Shown here in pieces: positions 19,143 through 29,601 of a DNA stretch of 64,000 nucleotides. Within the stretch, counting starts at the first letter, position 1. Every line of letters starts with the position of its first letter. A model generated the notes under the pieces. The model saw only the letters and a program-made list of their open reading frames with translations, was not told the origin of the DNA and ran no database searches. Both the position numbers and the translations under genes were made by a program. The stretch is from Myxococcota bacterium. GTDB taxonomy: Bacteria > Myxococcota_A > UBA9160 > SZUA-336. Location: the NCBI GenBank assembly GCA_965247115.1, contig CBDFGR010000003.1, positions 1,792,001-1,856,000 of the forward strand, read 5' to 3'.

Positions 19143-20315
19143 ATGGGCGTGCAGTTCGCATCTCGCGTGGAGCTGGTGGAGCCCTTCCTTGCGATGGAGG
19201 TGATGGAGCGCGCCCTCGAGCTCGAGCGCGAAGGTGCTCACATCATCCACCTGGAGGTGGGGGAGCCGGACTTTCCCCCTCCCGCCGAAGCGTCCGCGGC
19301 CTGCGAGCGCGCGCTACGCGCGGGCGAGACGCGCTACACCGATAGCCGCGGGTTGGCGGAGCTGCGCGAGGCCATCGCCCTCGATCACGAACGCCGCGCA
19401 GGCGTGCATGTGTCGCCGGACCGGATTCTGGTGACGAACGGCACGTCGTCGGCGATGCTGCTCGTCTTCTCGCTGCTGGTCTCCCCGGGAGACGAGGTCA
19501 TCCTGCCCTCTCCGCACTACGCGTGCTATCCGGGCTTCATCCACGTCGCCGGCGGGGTTCCGGTCGTGGTTCCGACTCGGGCCGAAGAGGCGTATCGGGT
19601 GGATGTGGCGGCGATCGAGCGAGTCATCACCCCCAGGACCCGTGCAATCGTGCTCGGGTCGCCGGCAAATCCCACGGGCGCGGTGCAGAGCGAGAGCACG
19701 CTCCGCCAGCTGGTCGGGCTCGGGCTGCCTTTGATCTCCGACGAGATCTACAGCGGCATCTGCTACGACGGGAGCGAGCAGTCCGCGCTCCCCCTGGGAG
19801 ACCAGGTCTTCATCCTGGACGGGTTCTCGAAGCGCTACGCGATGACCGGCTTCCGGCTGGGCTACGTGATCGCGCCCGAGTCCGCGCTGCGCCCGCTGCA
19901 GACCCTGGCGCAGAACCTGTTCATCTCGGCGAACTCCTTCGTGCAGCGAGCGGGGATCGCGGCGCTCGAGCACGGGGCCGCGACCCTCGAGCGCATGCGC
20001 GAGACCTACGTGCGCAGACGCGACACCATGCTCCAGGGTCTGCGCGAGATCGGCTTTGTGGTCCCGACCGAGCCCGCCGGAGCCTTCTACGTTTTTGCGG
20101 ATGCGCGCGCCTTCACCTCTGATTCCCGCGCGCTTGCGTTCGACCTGCTCGAGCGGGCACGCGTCGCGGCTACCCCAGGCATCGACTTTGGCGAGGCGGG
20201 CGAGGGCTGGCTGCGCTTCTCGTACGCGGCTTCGGACGAGGACATTCGAGAGGGTCTCGAGCGTATCGCCGCGGTGCTCCCGCGGTTCATGGATAGGGAA
20301 GGACGACGGAGGTGA
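19143..20315 (+). CDS. PLP-dependent aminotransferase class I/II
   Basis: GEPDF, SPANPTG, SDEIY, GFSKRYAMTGFRLG. Confidence 0.95.
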   Translation: MGVQFASRVELVEPFLAMEVMERALELEREGAHIIHLEVGEPDFPPPAEASAACERALRAGETRYTDSRGLAELREAIALDHERRAGVHVSPDRILVTNGTSSAMLLVFSLLVSPGDEVILPSPHYACYPGFIHVAGGVPVVVPTRAEEAYRVDVAAIERVITPRTRAIVLGSPANPTGAVQSESTLRQLVGLGLPLISDEIYSGICYDGSEQSALPLGDQVFILDGFSKRYAMTGFRLGYVIAPESALRPLQTLAQNLFISANSFVQRAGIAALEHGAATLERMRETYVRRRDTMLQGLREIGFVVPTEPAGAFYVFADARAFTSDSRALAFDLLERARVAATPGIDFGEAGEGWLRFSYAASDEDIREGLERIAAVLPRFMDREGRRR

Positions 20316-21163
20316 AGGCGACGGGACCGAATGTGGAGCAAGTGGAGTTCTGGAACTCCCGAGCGGGGACGACGTGGGTCGAAGTGCAGTCCCGCATTGA
20401 TGCGCAGCTCGAGCCACTGGGCACGACCGCGATCGAACGTGCCGCGGTTCGTCCCGGGGAGACGGTACTCGACGTAGGTTGCGGTTGCGGCCAGGCGACG
20501 CTGCAGCTTGCAGAGCGCGTCGGGCCGACGGGCTCTGCGACGGGGATCGACATCTCGCGACCGATGCTCGCGCGTGCAAGGGAGCGCGCGAACGAGAACG
20601 CCGTCCAGGTGGAGTTCCTGGAGGGCGACGCGCAGACTGAGGCTCTCCCGCGCGATCACTTCGACCTGATCTTCTCCCGCTACGGGGTGATGTTCTTCGC
20701 CGATCCCAGCGCCGCCTTCGCGAATCTGCGCAGGGCGCTAAAACCGAGAGGACGGCTCGTTTTCATCTGCTGGCAAGAGCTTGGCAAGAATCCATGGCTA
20801 GGGGAATCCATGCGCGTCGTGCTCGAGCACGTGCCTCCGCCGGAACCCTCGGCCCCCGGTGCGCCGGGGCCCTTTGCTCTGGCCGACGCCGAGCGAGTTC
20901 GGCGCATTCTCGAAGCGGCCGGTTTCGAGCAGGTCGAGCTCGAGCCCCTCGAACGCTTGATCTCCGTCGGAGGCGGCGGGAGCTTGGAAGACGCGACCGG
21001 CTTCGCAATGCGGATCGGACCCGCGGCCAGATTGCTGCAAGATGCCAGCAAGGACCTGCGTGAACGTGTACGCGAGTCTATGACGCGGGTGCTCTCTGCC
21101 GCATGGGACGGGGAGAGCGTGAGCATGGGAAGTGCGAGCTGGATCGTCTCCGCGGGTAACTGA
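20312..21163 (+). CDS. Class I SAM-dependent methyltransferase
   Basis: VLDVGCGCG, SRYGVMFFADP. Confidence 0.92.
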   Translation: MKATGPNVEQVEFWNSRAGTTWVEVQSRIDAQLEPLGTTAIERAAVRPGETVLDVGCGCGQATLQLAERVGPTGSATGIDISRPMLARARERANENAVQVEFLEGDAQTEALPRDHFDLIFSRYGVMFFADPSAAFANLRRALKPRGRLVFICWQELGKNPWLGESMRVVLEHVPPPEPSAPGAPGPFALADAERVRRILEAAGFEQVELEPLERLISVGGGGSLEDATGFAMRIGPAARLLQDASKDLRERVRESMTRVLSAAWDGESVSMGSASWIVSAGN

Positions 21164-21240
21164 GCCGACCAAACAAAAGCTATAATCCGCGGGCCAATCG
21201 GCTGGAGGCGGGGTAGGGCGGTGCAGAGGTTTCCGGGGCC

Positions 21241-22611
21241 GTGACGACAGGGCCGTCGCAGACGAGTGTCGAGGCCGTCAAGGTCGATAGCTACCTCGTC
21301 TTTCTATTCCTGCTGCTATCCACCGCGACGCTCTTCGAAGGGTTCGACGCGGGCATGCTGGGCTTCGCCTCACCCGAGACGCGTGCCAACCTCGACATCA
21401 GCCTCGCCGAGTGGGGCTTCGTGAATGGCATCATCCGTCTCGGCGTCGTGCTCTCGTTCTTCTTCCTGCTCTATGCCGATCGCTGGGGCCGCCGCACGAT
21501 GATGATGATCACGGTCCTCGGCTTCGCGACCTTCACCGGCCTGACCGCCTTTGTGACCGACAAGTGGGCGTTCATGCTCTGCCAGTTCGGTTCCCGACTG
21601 TTCCTGACGGCCGAGTACTCGCTCGCCGTGATCATGATCAGCGAGGAGTATCCCGCTCGACTGCGCGGCCGTGCGATCGCCATCCTCACCAGCCTGGCCA
21701 CCGTCGGGGTCATGACCATCGCCAAGACCCAGCCCTACGTGCTGCTCGAACCGGGCGCCGAGGGGAACTGGCTTCACACGCTCGGCTCGACCATCGTCGC
21801 GTACGGGCAGACCTACCTGGGCCAAACCGTAGACGGGGAGAACTGGCGGGCGCTCTATGCTCTCGGCCTGATGCCCCTCGTGCTCGTGCTCTTTCTCCGT
21901 CTCGCCATGCGCGAGACCCGCCGCTTCGAGGCAACGCGCCTGGCGAGACCGTCAAGGGGTCGTGTGAGCTTTCGCGAGATGTGGGAAGCCGCAACGATTC
22001 CCTGGCGGCCGGAGTATCTGAGGAGAACAGCGGTAGTTGCTCTGCTCTGGAACTGCGTATTCGTCGTGATCGGCCCGTCGGTTGTCTTCTGGTTCATCTT
22101 TGCGCGCGAGGAAATCGGCCTGACCCCGGCGCAGGTCGGCGATATCGTGTTCTGGGGTTATGGTGGCGGTGTGGCCGGCCACTTCGTCGCGGGCTGGCTG
22201 ATCGATCTCATTGGGCGCAAGTACACGTGCTCGGGCTTCTACATCCTGGCCGCGATCTGCATCTTCTTCCTGTTCCAGATCACGAGCCTCGGGGGGCAGT
22301 ACTTCTGGATGATTACGACGGTATTCTGTTTCGGCGCGGCCAACACGTCGACCCACGTGTACGCCTCGGAGCTGTTCCCGACGGAGATCCGTGCGACGGG
22401 CTACGGCTGGACAACGAACGTGGTCGGACGCGTCACGGAAGTCGTCACCCCGATGGTGATCGGGCTCTTGATCATTCCGCTCGGCATGTCGTGGTCGATC
22501 GGCGTGGTTGCGATCGGTCCCATCCTGGGCGCGCTGCTCGTTCTGCGCTATGCGCCCGAGACAAAGGGAATGACGCTCGAAGAGGTCGCGGAGCAGCTGT
22601 CTGCTGACTAG
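21241..22611 (+). CDS. MFS transporter
   Basis: ADRWGRR, EEYPARLRG, DLIGRK, SELFPTEIRATG, PETKG. Confidence 0.93.
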   Translation: MTTGPSQTSVEAVKVDSYLVFLFLLLSTATLFEGFDAGMLGFASPETRANLDISLAEWGFVNGIIRLGVVLSFFFLLYADRWGRRTMMMITVLGFATFTGLTAFVTDKWAFMLCQFGSRLFLTAEYSLAVIMISEEYPARLRGRAIAILTSLATVGVMTIAKTQPYVLLEPGAEGNWLHTLGSTIVAYGQTYLGQTVDGENWRALYALGLMPLVLVLFLRLAMRETRRFEATRLARPSRGRVSFREMWEAATIPWRPEYLRRTAVVALLWNCVFVVIGPSVVFWFIFAREEIGLTPAQVGDIVFWGYGGGVAGHFVAGWLIDLIGRKYTCSGFYILAAICIFFLFQITSLGGQYFWMITTVFCFGAANTSTHVYASELFPTEIRATGYGWTTNVVGRVTEVVTPMVIGLLIIPLGMSWSIGVVAIGPILGALLVLRYAPETKGMTLEEVAEQLSAD

Positions 22612-22617
22612 CAACAG

Positions 22618-23580
22618 GTGGAAGCGCCGCGGCGAGTACGGGCTCGACGCGCACCTGTGAGGGGGCTGGCCTTGAGCTCCGAACCAGAGCTTGTATTGGC
22701 CGTCCATGCGGGGGCCGGCCGCATCGACCCGGACGCCTCGCGGCGGCAGGCGCAGACCGAAGGGCTCAGGCGTAGCCTGGAGGTCGGGCGCGAGCTGCTG
22801 GTGGCAGGCGGCTCCGCACTGGACGTAGTCGAGCGGGCGGTGCGCGAGCTGGAAGATTGCGCAGAGTTCAATGCGGGTCGCGGCTCTGTGCTGACGGCGG
22901 AAGGCAGCATCGAGATGGATGCGGCGATCGCGAGTGGCAGCGGCAGAGCGGGTGGGGTTGCGGCTCTGCGTCGCGTGCGAAATCCGATCGTCGCTGCCCG
23001 CGCCGTGCTCGAGCACGGCTCCCATCTCTTGATTGCTGGGGCGGGAGCGGAGGACTTCGCGCGTGCGAGCGGAATCGAGCTCTGCCCCGAGTCTGCACTC
23101 GAGACGGAGTATCGGCGCGGACAGCTGGAGGCAGCGCGGGTCGCTGGTCGAGTGATCCTGGACCACGAGGACGTGTCGGGTGGCACGGTGGGCGCCGTCG
23201 CCCGCGATACCAGGGGCGAGCTGGCCGCAGCCACCTCGACCGGGGGGATGACAAACCAGCTCCCAGGTCGCGTAGGTGACACCCCGCTGATCGGCGCCGG
23301 GACGTGGGCAGACGATGCGACTTGTGCGGTTTCCGGAACGGGCTCGGGCGAGGCCTTCATGCGGACTGCCTTTGCCCACGAGATCGACGCGCTCGTACGC
23401 CTGGCCGGACAATCGCTCGAAGAAGCGTGTCAGCATGCCCTCGACCGCGTCGGCTCGGTCGGCGCCAGCGGCGGCTGCATTGCCGTGGGTCCAACCGGCC
23501 CGCCGGTTCTTCTCTACAACACGCGGGACATGGCGCGCGGCCAGCTCGACTCCTCCGGCCACCCGGACGTCCGGATCTAG
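22618..23580 (+). CDS. iaaA: Isoaspartyl peptidase/L-asparaginase (Ntn hydrolase); start uncertain
   Basis: HAGAG, FNAGRGS, GTVGAVA, ATSTGG, GRVGDTP. Confidence 0.9.
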   Translation: MEAPRRVRARRAPVRGLALSSEPELVLAVHAGAGRIDPDASRRQAQTEGLRRSLEVGRELLVAGGSALDVVERAVRELEDCAEFNAGRGSVLTAEGSIEMDAAIASGSGRAGGVAALRRVRNPIVAARAVLEHGSHLLIAGAGAEDFARASGIELCPESALETEYRRGQLEAARVAGRVILDHEDVSGGTVGAVARDTRGELAAATSTGGMTNQLPGRVGDTPLIGAGTWADDATCAVSGTGSGEAFMRTAFAHEIDALVRLAGQSLEEACQHALDRVGSVGASGGCIAVGPTGPPVLLYNTRDMARGQLDSSGHPDVRI

Positions 23581-23585
23581 CTGTT

Positions 23586-23625
23586 CTTGCGGGTCCGGGC
23601 CGCGGGCCACCGCCTCCGCTCAGGG
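23586..23625. repeat. Partial copy of the dispersed repeat between convergent genes
   Basis: cttgcgggtccgggccgcgggccaccgcctccgctcaggg. Confidence 0.65.
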
Positions 23626-23632
23626 TGCCTGT

Positions 23633-24832
23633 CTAGACGGTCTCGAGCGGCGGGAGGTCGAGCGCTTCGCGGTACGTGTTGTGGTAGTGGTGGAGAGCCG
23701 GCTCGTTGCGCCCGAAGATCAGGTACTCCTGCGCGCCGGAGAGGGCACCACGGTGGCCGCTCGCGGCTGCGACGTAGTCCTCATTCTGGATGACGCTCGC
23801 GAATCTCTCCATGCGAGTGGCGAGCAACTCCTCGACGCTCATGTTGCTGCGCGCTGCAAAGGCCCTGGCGGACTCGTTCTCCACCATCTCAGGATAGATG
23901 TAAAAGCCGATCTGCGAGAAGCTCTGGTGCGGGTTTGCGCTTTCGGGATAGACGCGAACCAGCGTCGGTCCGGCCGCGCCTACGATGAGCTGTACGTTCG
24001 GGAGCAGGTAGTAGACGAGGAGCGAGCCGTGCAGGACGTTCCACTCGTCCTGGGGCTTTGTCCGGAGGTCGTCGATGGTCTTCATGCACAACGCCATACG
24101 GTGGTTGCGCCCGTACCTGTCATACATCTGCACGTTGCCGTAGAAGTCGTTCGCGAGCGAATTCCTGTGCAGCCTATTGAAGTGGTAGGTCTCGCCGAAT
24201 GTGTCGATGGCGAGCTTCCAGTTCATGGCGTGGCCGTAGCGCGTGCCGCCGTGTCGGACGCAGCGCTCGAGCCCCCACGACGCCAGCTCGGGACCGAGGT
24301 CTCCGAGCAGCGTGTCGACGTCGAGCGTCCCCTGCGGATCGGTCGATACCCAGAGCAGACCGTGTCGTTCGACCGCGGGCAGCGCTACCAGCGAGTGGCA
24401 CTCCCGGTCGACCTTCCCGAAGTGTCTCTCCTTCGGAACGCCCACGAGAGCGCCCTGGTGGTCGTAGGTCCAGGCGTGGAAAGGGCACTGGAACAGCTTC
24501 TTCTTGCCGCGACTCTCGTCTTCCACGATCGTGCCCCGGTGCCGGCACACGTTCAGGAAGGCCCGGAAGACGCCGTCGTCTGCGCGCGTGCACAGGATCG
24601 GCTTGCCCAGGTCGTTCGAGGTGAAGAAGGAGCGAGGCTCAGGCAGATCCACCGAGAGCCCGAGCACGTGCGCGTGACCCTGGAAGAAGCCGTTCCACTC
24701 GCGCGCGGCCATATCACCGCACGTGTAGCTCGACACCGGGTTCCGCACCTGGCGGCCGGCGTCCACGTTGGTGTCGTCGTCCAGGTGCTTCATGAGTCCG
24801 CTGATCACGCGGACTTGCTCTTCTCGTCGCAT
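23633..24832 (-). CDS. Rieske aromatic ring-hydroxylating oxygenase alpha subunit
   Basis: NVCRHRG...CPFHAW Rieske motif; ETYHFNRLH...ED mononuclear Fe site. Confidence 0.93.
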   Translation of the reverse strand: MRREEQVRVISGLMKHLDDDTNVDAGRQVRNPVSSYTCGDMAAREWNGFFQGHAHVLGLSVDLPEPRSFFTSNDLGKPILCTRADDGVFRAFLNVCRHRGTIVEDESRGKKKLFQCPFHAWTYDHQGALVGVPKERHFGKVDRECHSLVALPAVERHGLLWVSTDPQGTLDVDTLLGDLGPELASWGLERCVRHGGTRYGHAMNWKLAIDTFGETYHFNRLHRNSLANDFYGNVQMYDRYGRNHRMALCMKTIDDLRTKPQDEWNVLHGSLLVYYLLPNVQLIVGAAGPTLVRVYPESANPHQSFSQIGFYIYPEMVENESARAFAARSNMSVEELLATRMERFASVIQNEDYVAAASGHRGALSGAQEYLIFGRNEPALHHYHNTYREALDLPPLETV

Positions 24833-24907
24833 GCCTGATCCTCCAGGCGGATCTTACATCGTCCACGGGTGCGTCGGGCGGCCCTGGGGGGTACTTTGGC
24901 CGACTCG

Positions 24908-26047
24908 ATGGAGGAAGTCGCTCTCGTAGCTGGGCGGGCGACGCCCGAGGGGACGCGCCGCTACGCGGAGCGCTTTTCGGAGCTGCCAGGGCACTTTCGG
25001 AGTCCCGATCGACTGTCCCTGTCCTCGATCGGGCTGGGAACGAAGTCCGGCTCTCCCGCCGGCGTGGACGATCTGCTCTACCGGACGGCTGTGCCGTACG
25101 CGTTCGAGCGGGGTGTGAACGTGCTCGACACCGCGCTCTCGTACCGCATGATGGCGAGCGAGCGCGCCCTTGGTGCGGCTCTGGGACGGGCGTTCAGCGA
25201 GGGGGTGATCAGACGTGACGAAGTGTACGTGATCACCAAGGGCGGGTATCTGACGGTCGACCCGCGCAGCCCGTTCGTGGGCCGTGACGGGCGCCGCTAT
25301 CTGATCGAGACCTACCTGGACTCCGGCCTGGTCGATCCGGATGGCGTCGTGAACGGAATCCACGCTCTGGATCCCGAGTTTATTGCGGACCAGGTCGAAC
25401 GAAGCCGCCACAACCTCGGGCTCGAGACGGTCGATCTCTACTGCCTGCAGGAGCCCGAGCTGCAGCTGCTCGCCCGAGGCCCCGACGAATTCCGCGAGCT
25501 TCTCACCCGCGTCTTCGAGACCCTCGAACAAGCGGTCTCTCGCGGCGCGATCGCGGCCTACGGGTTGTCCACATGGAGCGGCTTGCTCACCTCGCACCTC
25601 GACCGGGGTCACCTGGCGGTCGTTGACCTGTTCCAGCTCGCGCTGGAGGTCGGCGGACCAGACAACCATTTGCGCGCGGTGCAGCTCCCCTACAGCCTGG
25701 CCATGGGAGAGGCCCAGGGGTTGAAGTCGCAGTTCGGCCCGGAGGGACAGACGGGCGTGCTCCAGAGCCTGCTCGATACGGGCACGACAGTCTTCACGAC
25801 GGTGCCCCTGGTTCAGGGCCGCGCCGTCCGCGGTCTTCCGGACTTCGTGCGGGAGGCCTTCCCCGAGCTCTTGAGCGACGCGCAGCGCTGTTTGCAGTTT
25901 GCGCGCAGCGCACCGGGCGTAACGACGACACTCGTCGGCATGCGGCAGACCGAGCACGTGGCCGAGAACCTGGCCGTCGCAGAGGTCGAGCCGGCGCCAG
26001 CGGACCTGATCGAGGATCTCTTCCGTCGCGCGCGTGCCGCAGCCTAG
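24908..26047 (+). CDS. Aldo/keto reductase family protein
   Basis: SSIGLGT, DTALSY, ITKGG, TTLVGM. Confidence 0.85.
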   Translation: MEEVALVAGRATPEGTRRYAERFSELPGHFRSPDRLSLSSIGLGTKSGSPAGVDDLLYRTAVPYAFERGVNVLDTALSYRMMASERALGAALGRAFSEGVIRRDEVYVITKGGYLTVDPRSPFVGRDGRRYLIETYLDSGLVDPDGVVNGIHALDPEFIADQVERSRHNLGLETVDLYCLQEPELQLLARGPDEFRELLTRVFETLEQAVSRGAIAAYGLSTWSGLLTSHLDRGHLAVVDLFQLALEVGGPDNHLRAVQLPYSLAMGEAQGLKSQFGPEGQTGVLQSLLDTGTTVFTTVPLVQGRAVRGLPDFVREAFPELLSDAQRCLQFARSAPGVTTTLVGMRQTEHVAENLAVAEVEPAPADLIEDLFRRARAAA

Positions 26048-26070
26048 TTGGCTGATCCACTCGACGGCCT

Positions 26071-26316
26071 ATGGAGCTCAGCGACACCCCCGAGGAGGAG
26101 TCGTTTCGAACCAGAGTGCGCAGCTGGCTCGAAGAGGGCGATGCGCGCTTCCGGGGTCTGCGGAGCCCTGTGCGCGAGCGCCGTTCTGCAGGGGCTCTCG
26201 TGGCCGGGCTCGGCTCTCCGCGCGTTTCACACTCGATGCCAGCGGCAGATCCCGCCGCGTCCGTTGCCAACTGGCGGGCCGAGGCATTAGGGTCTCCTGC
26301 TCATGAGGGAAAATAG
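26071..26316 (+). pseudogene. Possible N-terminal remnant of an acyl-CoA dehydrogenase
   Basis: MELSDTPEEESFRTRVRSWLEE resembles ACAD N-termini (compare 5909); similarity is lost after about 25 aa. Confidence 0.45.
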
Positions 26317-27574
26317 CGCCACACAGGACCATGCGGCTTTGAGCTTGCGCTACGAGGAGGTTCGCCGCTGCACCGAAGAGCTCTGTCGGCCTCTCTCTCC
26401 GGAGGACTGCGGCGGCCAGTCGATGCCCGATGCGAGTCCGGTGAAATGGCACCTGGCCCACACCACGTGGTTCTTCGAGGTCCTTGTGCTCGAGCAGATC
26501 CTGCCCGGCTATCGCGAGTTCGACCCTGTCTTCCGAACGCTGTTCAACTCCTACTACAACGCCGTCGGCGAGCAGCACCCGAGACCCGGCCGTGGACTTC
26601 TGACACGTCCGCCGCTCGAGCAGGTGTTCGAGTACCGGGACTACGTGGACAAGCGGGTGCTCGGCTGTCTCGGCGGCGGCTACGACTCGTCTCACAAGCT
26701 GGCTCGGGTGGTGGAGCTGGGGCTGCACCACGAGCAGCAGCACCAGGAGCTTATCCTCACCGACATCAAGCACTTGTTCTCGTGCAACCCGCTGCGCCCG
26801 GCGTACTCGGACTGCCCCACGCTCCAGCAGCGCGAAGCAGGAGCGCTCGACTGGCTCGCGTATCCCGAGGGTGTGCGCGAGATCGGACACTCGGGTAGAG
26901 GCTTCGCGTTCGACAACGAGTCGCCACGGCATCGCGTCTTTACCGAGGCCTACGGGCTTGCGTCGCGGCCCAGCACGAACGCGGAATACCTCGAGTTCCT
27001 GCGGGACGACGGATACTCGAGGCCCGAGCTGTGGCTGTCCGACGGCTGGGACCGCGTGCAGCAGCTGGGCTGGGAGGCGCCTCTCTACTGGGAGCGCTCC
27101 GGAGTGGACTGGACACTCATGACGCTCGGAGGACTGCGCGACCTGCAGGGCGAAGAGCCCGTCTGCCATGTCAGCTATTACGAGGCGGACGCCTTCGCGC
27201 GCTGGGCGGGCGCTCGTCTGCCGAGCGAGGCAGAGTGGGAGCTCGCGGCCGCCGCGCTGCCCCGGGCCGGAAACTTCGCCGAGTCGGGCTTGCTCCATCC
27301 TGCGGTGGGCTCGGGCGCCGAGGGAGAGCCTCTGCAGCTCTTTGGCGACGTCTGGGAGTGGAGTGGGAGTGCGTACGCCCCCTACCCGGGCTTCCATCCC
27401 CTGGAAGGCGCTCTCGGCGAGTACAACGGCAAGTTCATGTCCAATCAAATGGTCCTGCGCGGGGGCTCGTGCGTGACCCCCGAGTCCCACGTCCGCGCGA
27501 CGTACAGGAACTTCTTCGCACCCGAGGCGCGCTGGCAATTCAGCGGGATCCGACTGGCGAGAGACCCGGGCTGA
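26303..27574 (+). CDS. egtB: Ergothioneine biosynthesis sulfoxide synthase
   Basis: QSMPDASPVKWHLAHTTWFFE, FNSYY, HHEQQHQEL, FGE-sulfatase domain, GEYNGKFM. Confidence 0.93.
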   Translation: MRENSATQDHAALSLRYEEVRRCTEELCRPLSPEDCGGQSMPDASPVKWHLAHTTWFFEVLVLEQILPGYREFDPVFRTLFNSYYNAVGEQHPRPGRGLLTRPPLEQVFEYRDYVDKRVLGCLGGGYDSSHKLARVVELGLHHEQQHQELILTDIKHLFSCNPLRPAYSDCPTLQQREAGALDWLAYPEGVREIGHSGRGFAFDNESPRHRVFTEAYGLASRPSTNAEYLEFLRDDGYSRPELWLSDGWDRVQQLGWEAPLYWERSGVDWTLMTLGGLRDLQGEEPVCHVSYYEADAFARWAGARLPSEAEWELAAAALPRAGNFAESGLLHPAVGSGAEGEPLQLFGDVWEWSGSAYAPYPGFHPLEGALGEYNGKFMSNQMVLRGGSCVTPESHVRATYRNFFAPEARWQFSGIRLARDPG

Positions 27575-27576
27575 CA

Positions 27577-28593
27577 TTGTCCCTACTGGCCCGCGAGATC
27601 CACGATCAGCCGAGGGTCCTGGCGCGATTCGGCCGGCGGGAGGGGAAGCGGGTACGCGCCCTGGGAGCCAAGCTCGGGCGTTCGTCACCGGTCGGCGTTC
27701 TGGTCGCCGCGCGCGGCAGCTCCGATCACGCCGCCATCTACGCCAAGTATCTGTTCGGGCAGCGCCTCGGCCTGCCGGTGGCGCTCGCCGCGCCCTCGCT
27801 GATCACGGCGTACGAGGGTGGGCTCCAGCTCGAAGGCTGGCTCACTCTCGCCATCTCCCAGTCCGGCGCCTCACCGGACGTGGTGTCGGTCATCGCGTCC
27901 GCGCGCAGCCAGGGCAGCCAGACCCTGGTGATCACCGATCGACAGGACTCCGACCTGGCCCAGAACGCTGATGACGTCATCCCGCTTCACGTCGGAGGGG
28001 AGCGCAGCGTGGCCGCAACAGGGACCTTCAGTACCTCTCTCTACGCCCTCGCGCACCTCTGCATAGGCTGGCAGGGCTGCGATGCGGATGCGGCGCTGCT
28101 TGACGAGGTTCCCGAGCGTCTCGGGTGCGCGCTCGAGTGTGAGGACCAGGTCCGCTCGCTCGCCGCCAGCCTGGCCGGCAAGGACTCGGTGGTGGTGATC
28201 GGGCGCGGCTTCGGCTTCCCGATCGCGCTCGAGTGGTCTCTCAAGCTGAAAGAGATCGCGGCTGTCTCCGCCGAGGCGTTCTCTGCTGCGGATTACCGGC
28301 ACGGTCCTATCGCCCTCGCAACAGGGGGGGCTCCCGTGCTGCTCTGCGACACCGCCGCGTCGACGCGCCAGGAGTTATGCGAGCTCGAGCGGGAGCTCGC
28401 GAGCAGATCCGTGGACGTGCACCGCATCTCCGATACGGAAGAGGCCACGGTCACCATTCCGCTGGGCCCCGAGTGGCTCGCGCCGATTCCCGCGGCCGTG
28501 CCTGGCCAGCTGCTCGCCTACCACGTGGCGCGCGCTCGGGGCATGGACCCCGACAGCCCGCGCGGCCTGCGTAAGGTGACGCAGACCTTGTAG
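27577..28593 (+). CDS. SIS-domain sugar-phosphate isomerase/deaminase (GlmS C-terminal-like)
   Basis: EIHDQP, ARGSSDHA, ISQSG, LKLKE, HGPIA, PRGLRKVT. Confidence 0.9.
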   Translation: MSLLAREIHDQPRVLARFGRREGKRVRALGAKLGRSSPVGVLVAARGSSDHAAIYAKYLFGQRLGLPVALAAPSLITAYEGGLQLEGWLTLAISQSGASPDVVSVIASARSQGSQTLVITDRQDSDLAQNADDVIPLHVGGERSVAATGTFSTSLYALAHLCIGWQGCDADAALLDEVPERLGCALECEDQVRSLAASLAGKDSVVVIGRGFGFPIALEWSLKLKEIAAVSAEAFSAADYRHGPIALATGGAPVLLCDTAASTRQELCELERELASRSVDVHRISDTEEATVTIPLGPEWLAPIPAAVPGQLLAYHVARARGMDPDSPRGLRKVTQTL

Positions 28594-28682
28594 TGTGGGA
28601 CCCGGCCTGCGGGCGTCCGCAGGCCACCCACCTCCGCTCAGGGCTTCGCCCCTCGCTGCGCGCCCCGCTTCGCGGCGCTTGC
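28594..28682. repeat. Full copy of the dispersed palindromic repeat
   Basis: tgtgggacccgg...gccacccacctccgctcagggcttcgcccctcgctgcgcg...cgcggcgcttgc. Confidence 0.9.
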
Positions 28683-29041
28683 AGGGCGCGGCTCGAGTGT
28701 CTGGTAGCAGAGCTCGAGTCCCGGGCGGGGCCAGTCTGTCGCGACGAGTCGTCCCGTGAGGCCGTGACGAGCGGCGGTCCGAACGGGGCGGTCGTGGGTA
28801 AGGCGCCAGCTTCCCCGATTCCGAACTTTCTGGAAGACATGGGCCCTCGAATGGGGCATGCTAGCGGTGTGGGGCAACCCCGGTTGTCCCCCTCTCCGCT
28901 GGCAGGCCGCGGGGTGCGGCCGCTTCTACTAGGAGAGCCCAGAGAAGTCGGCCCCCAGCCCCGGACCTCGATTGTAGTCCCGCCTGGCAAGGGCGCATCC
29001 GGACGACAGAGCAGCGGCTTGCGGCGAGAAGGAACGCGGCA

Positions 29042-29527
29042 GTGAACGACGACGACCAGAAGCCTTCCTTCAGCGAGCTCGATCGCAGACGCCGCGAGAA
29101 GAAGCGCAACGGCGGCGGCGGGGAGCGCCGTCCGCGCGGGGCGAAGACCCAGCGACGCTCGCGAGCCGCCTCCGCCTCGTACCGCCGACGCGTGGAGGAG
29201 CGCCTGTTCGGAAAGAAGGGCGATCGGGCGCGCCTGCGTCTGGAGCAGCGCCTGCGCGATGCCCACGGAACGCCGAACCTCCAACGTACCTACCGCGAGT
29301 ACGTCCGGGAGGCTGGCGTGCCGGAAGACGTGAGCTTGCTGGGCATGCTGCTCGACCTGGGCGACGAGCGCGATCTTCTGCAGGTCACCGACGCGATCGA
29401 GAGCCAGCTCGACGCGATCCACCCCGACCAGCGCTCGCTCCTGCGCAGCCGGCTGCGCAACCTTGAGATGTCGACGTCCTCTGATGCGGTCGCCGACGCC
29501 GCGACGGACCTACTCTCTCAGCTCTGA
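29042..29527 (+). CDS. Conserved hypothetical protein (basic N-terminus, helical C-terminus)
   Basis: Clean ORF with plausible coding composition. Confidence 0.7.
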   Translation: MNDDDQKPSFSELDRRRREKKRNGGGGERRPRGAKTQRRSRAASASYRRRVEERLFGKKGDRARLRLEQRLRDAHGTPNLQRTYREYVREAGVPEDVSLLGMLLDLGDERDLLQVTDAIESQLDAIHPDQRSLLRSRLRNLEMSTSSDAVADAATDLLSQL

Positions 29528-29601
29528 GACCCGAGCACCGAGCTCGCTCCGCCGGCAGCGGGGGATTCTACTCCCCCGGCTTGTCGTTATACTCGCCGGC
29601 C

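Noticed and set aside
28593..29045. ORFs 28593-29045, 34044-34604, 35670-36122 and the 5' extension of 35859-36152
   Set aside because: Translations are largely derived from the repeat element or intergenic DNA
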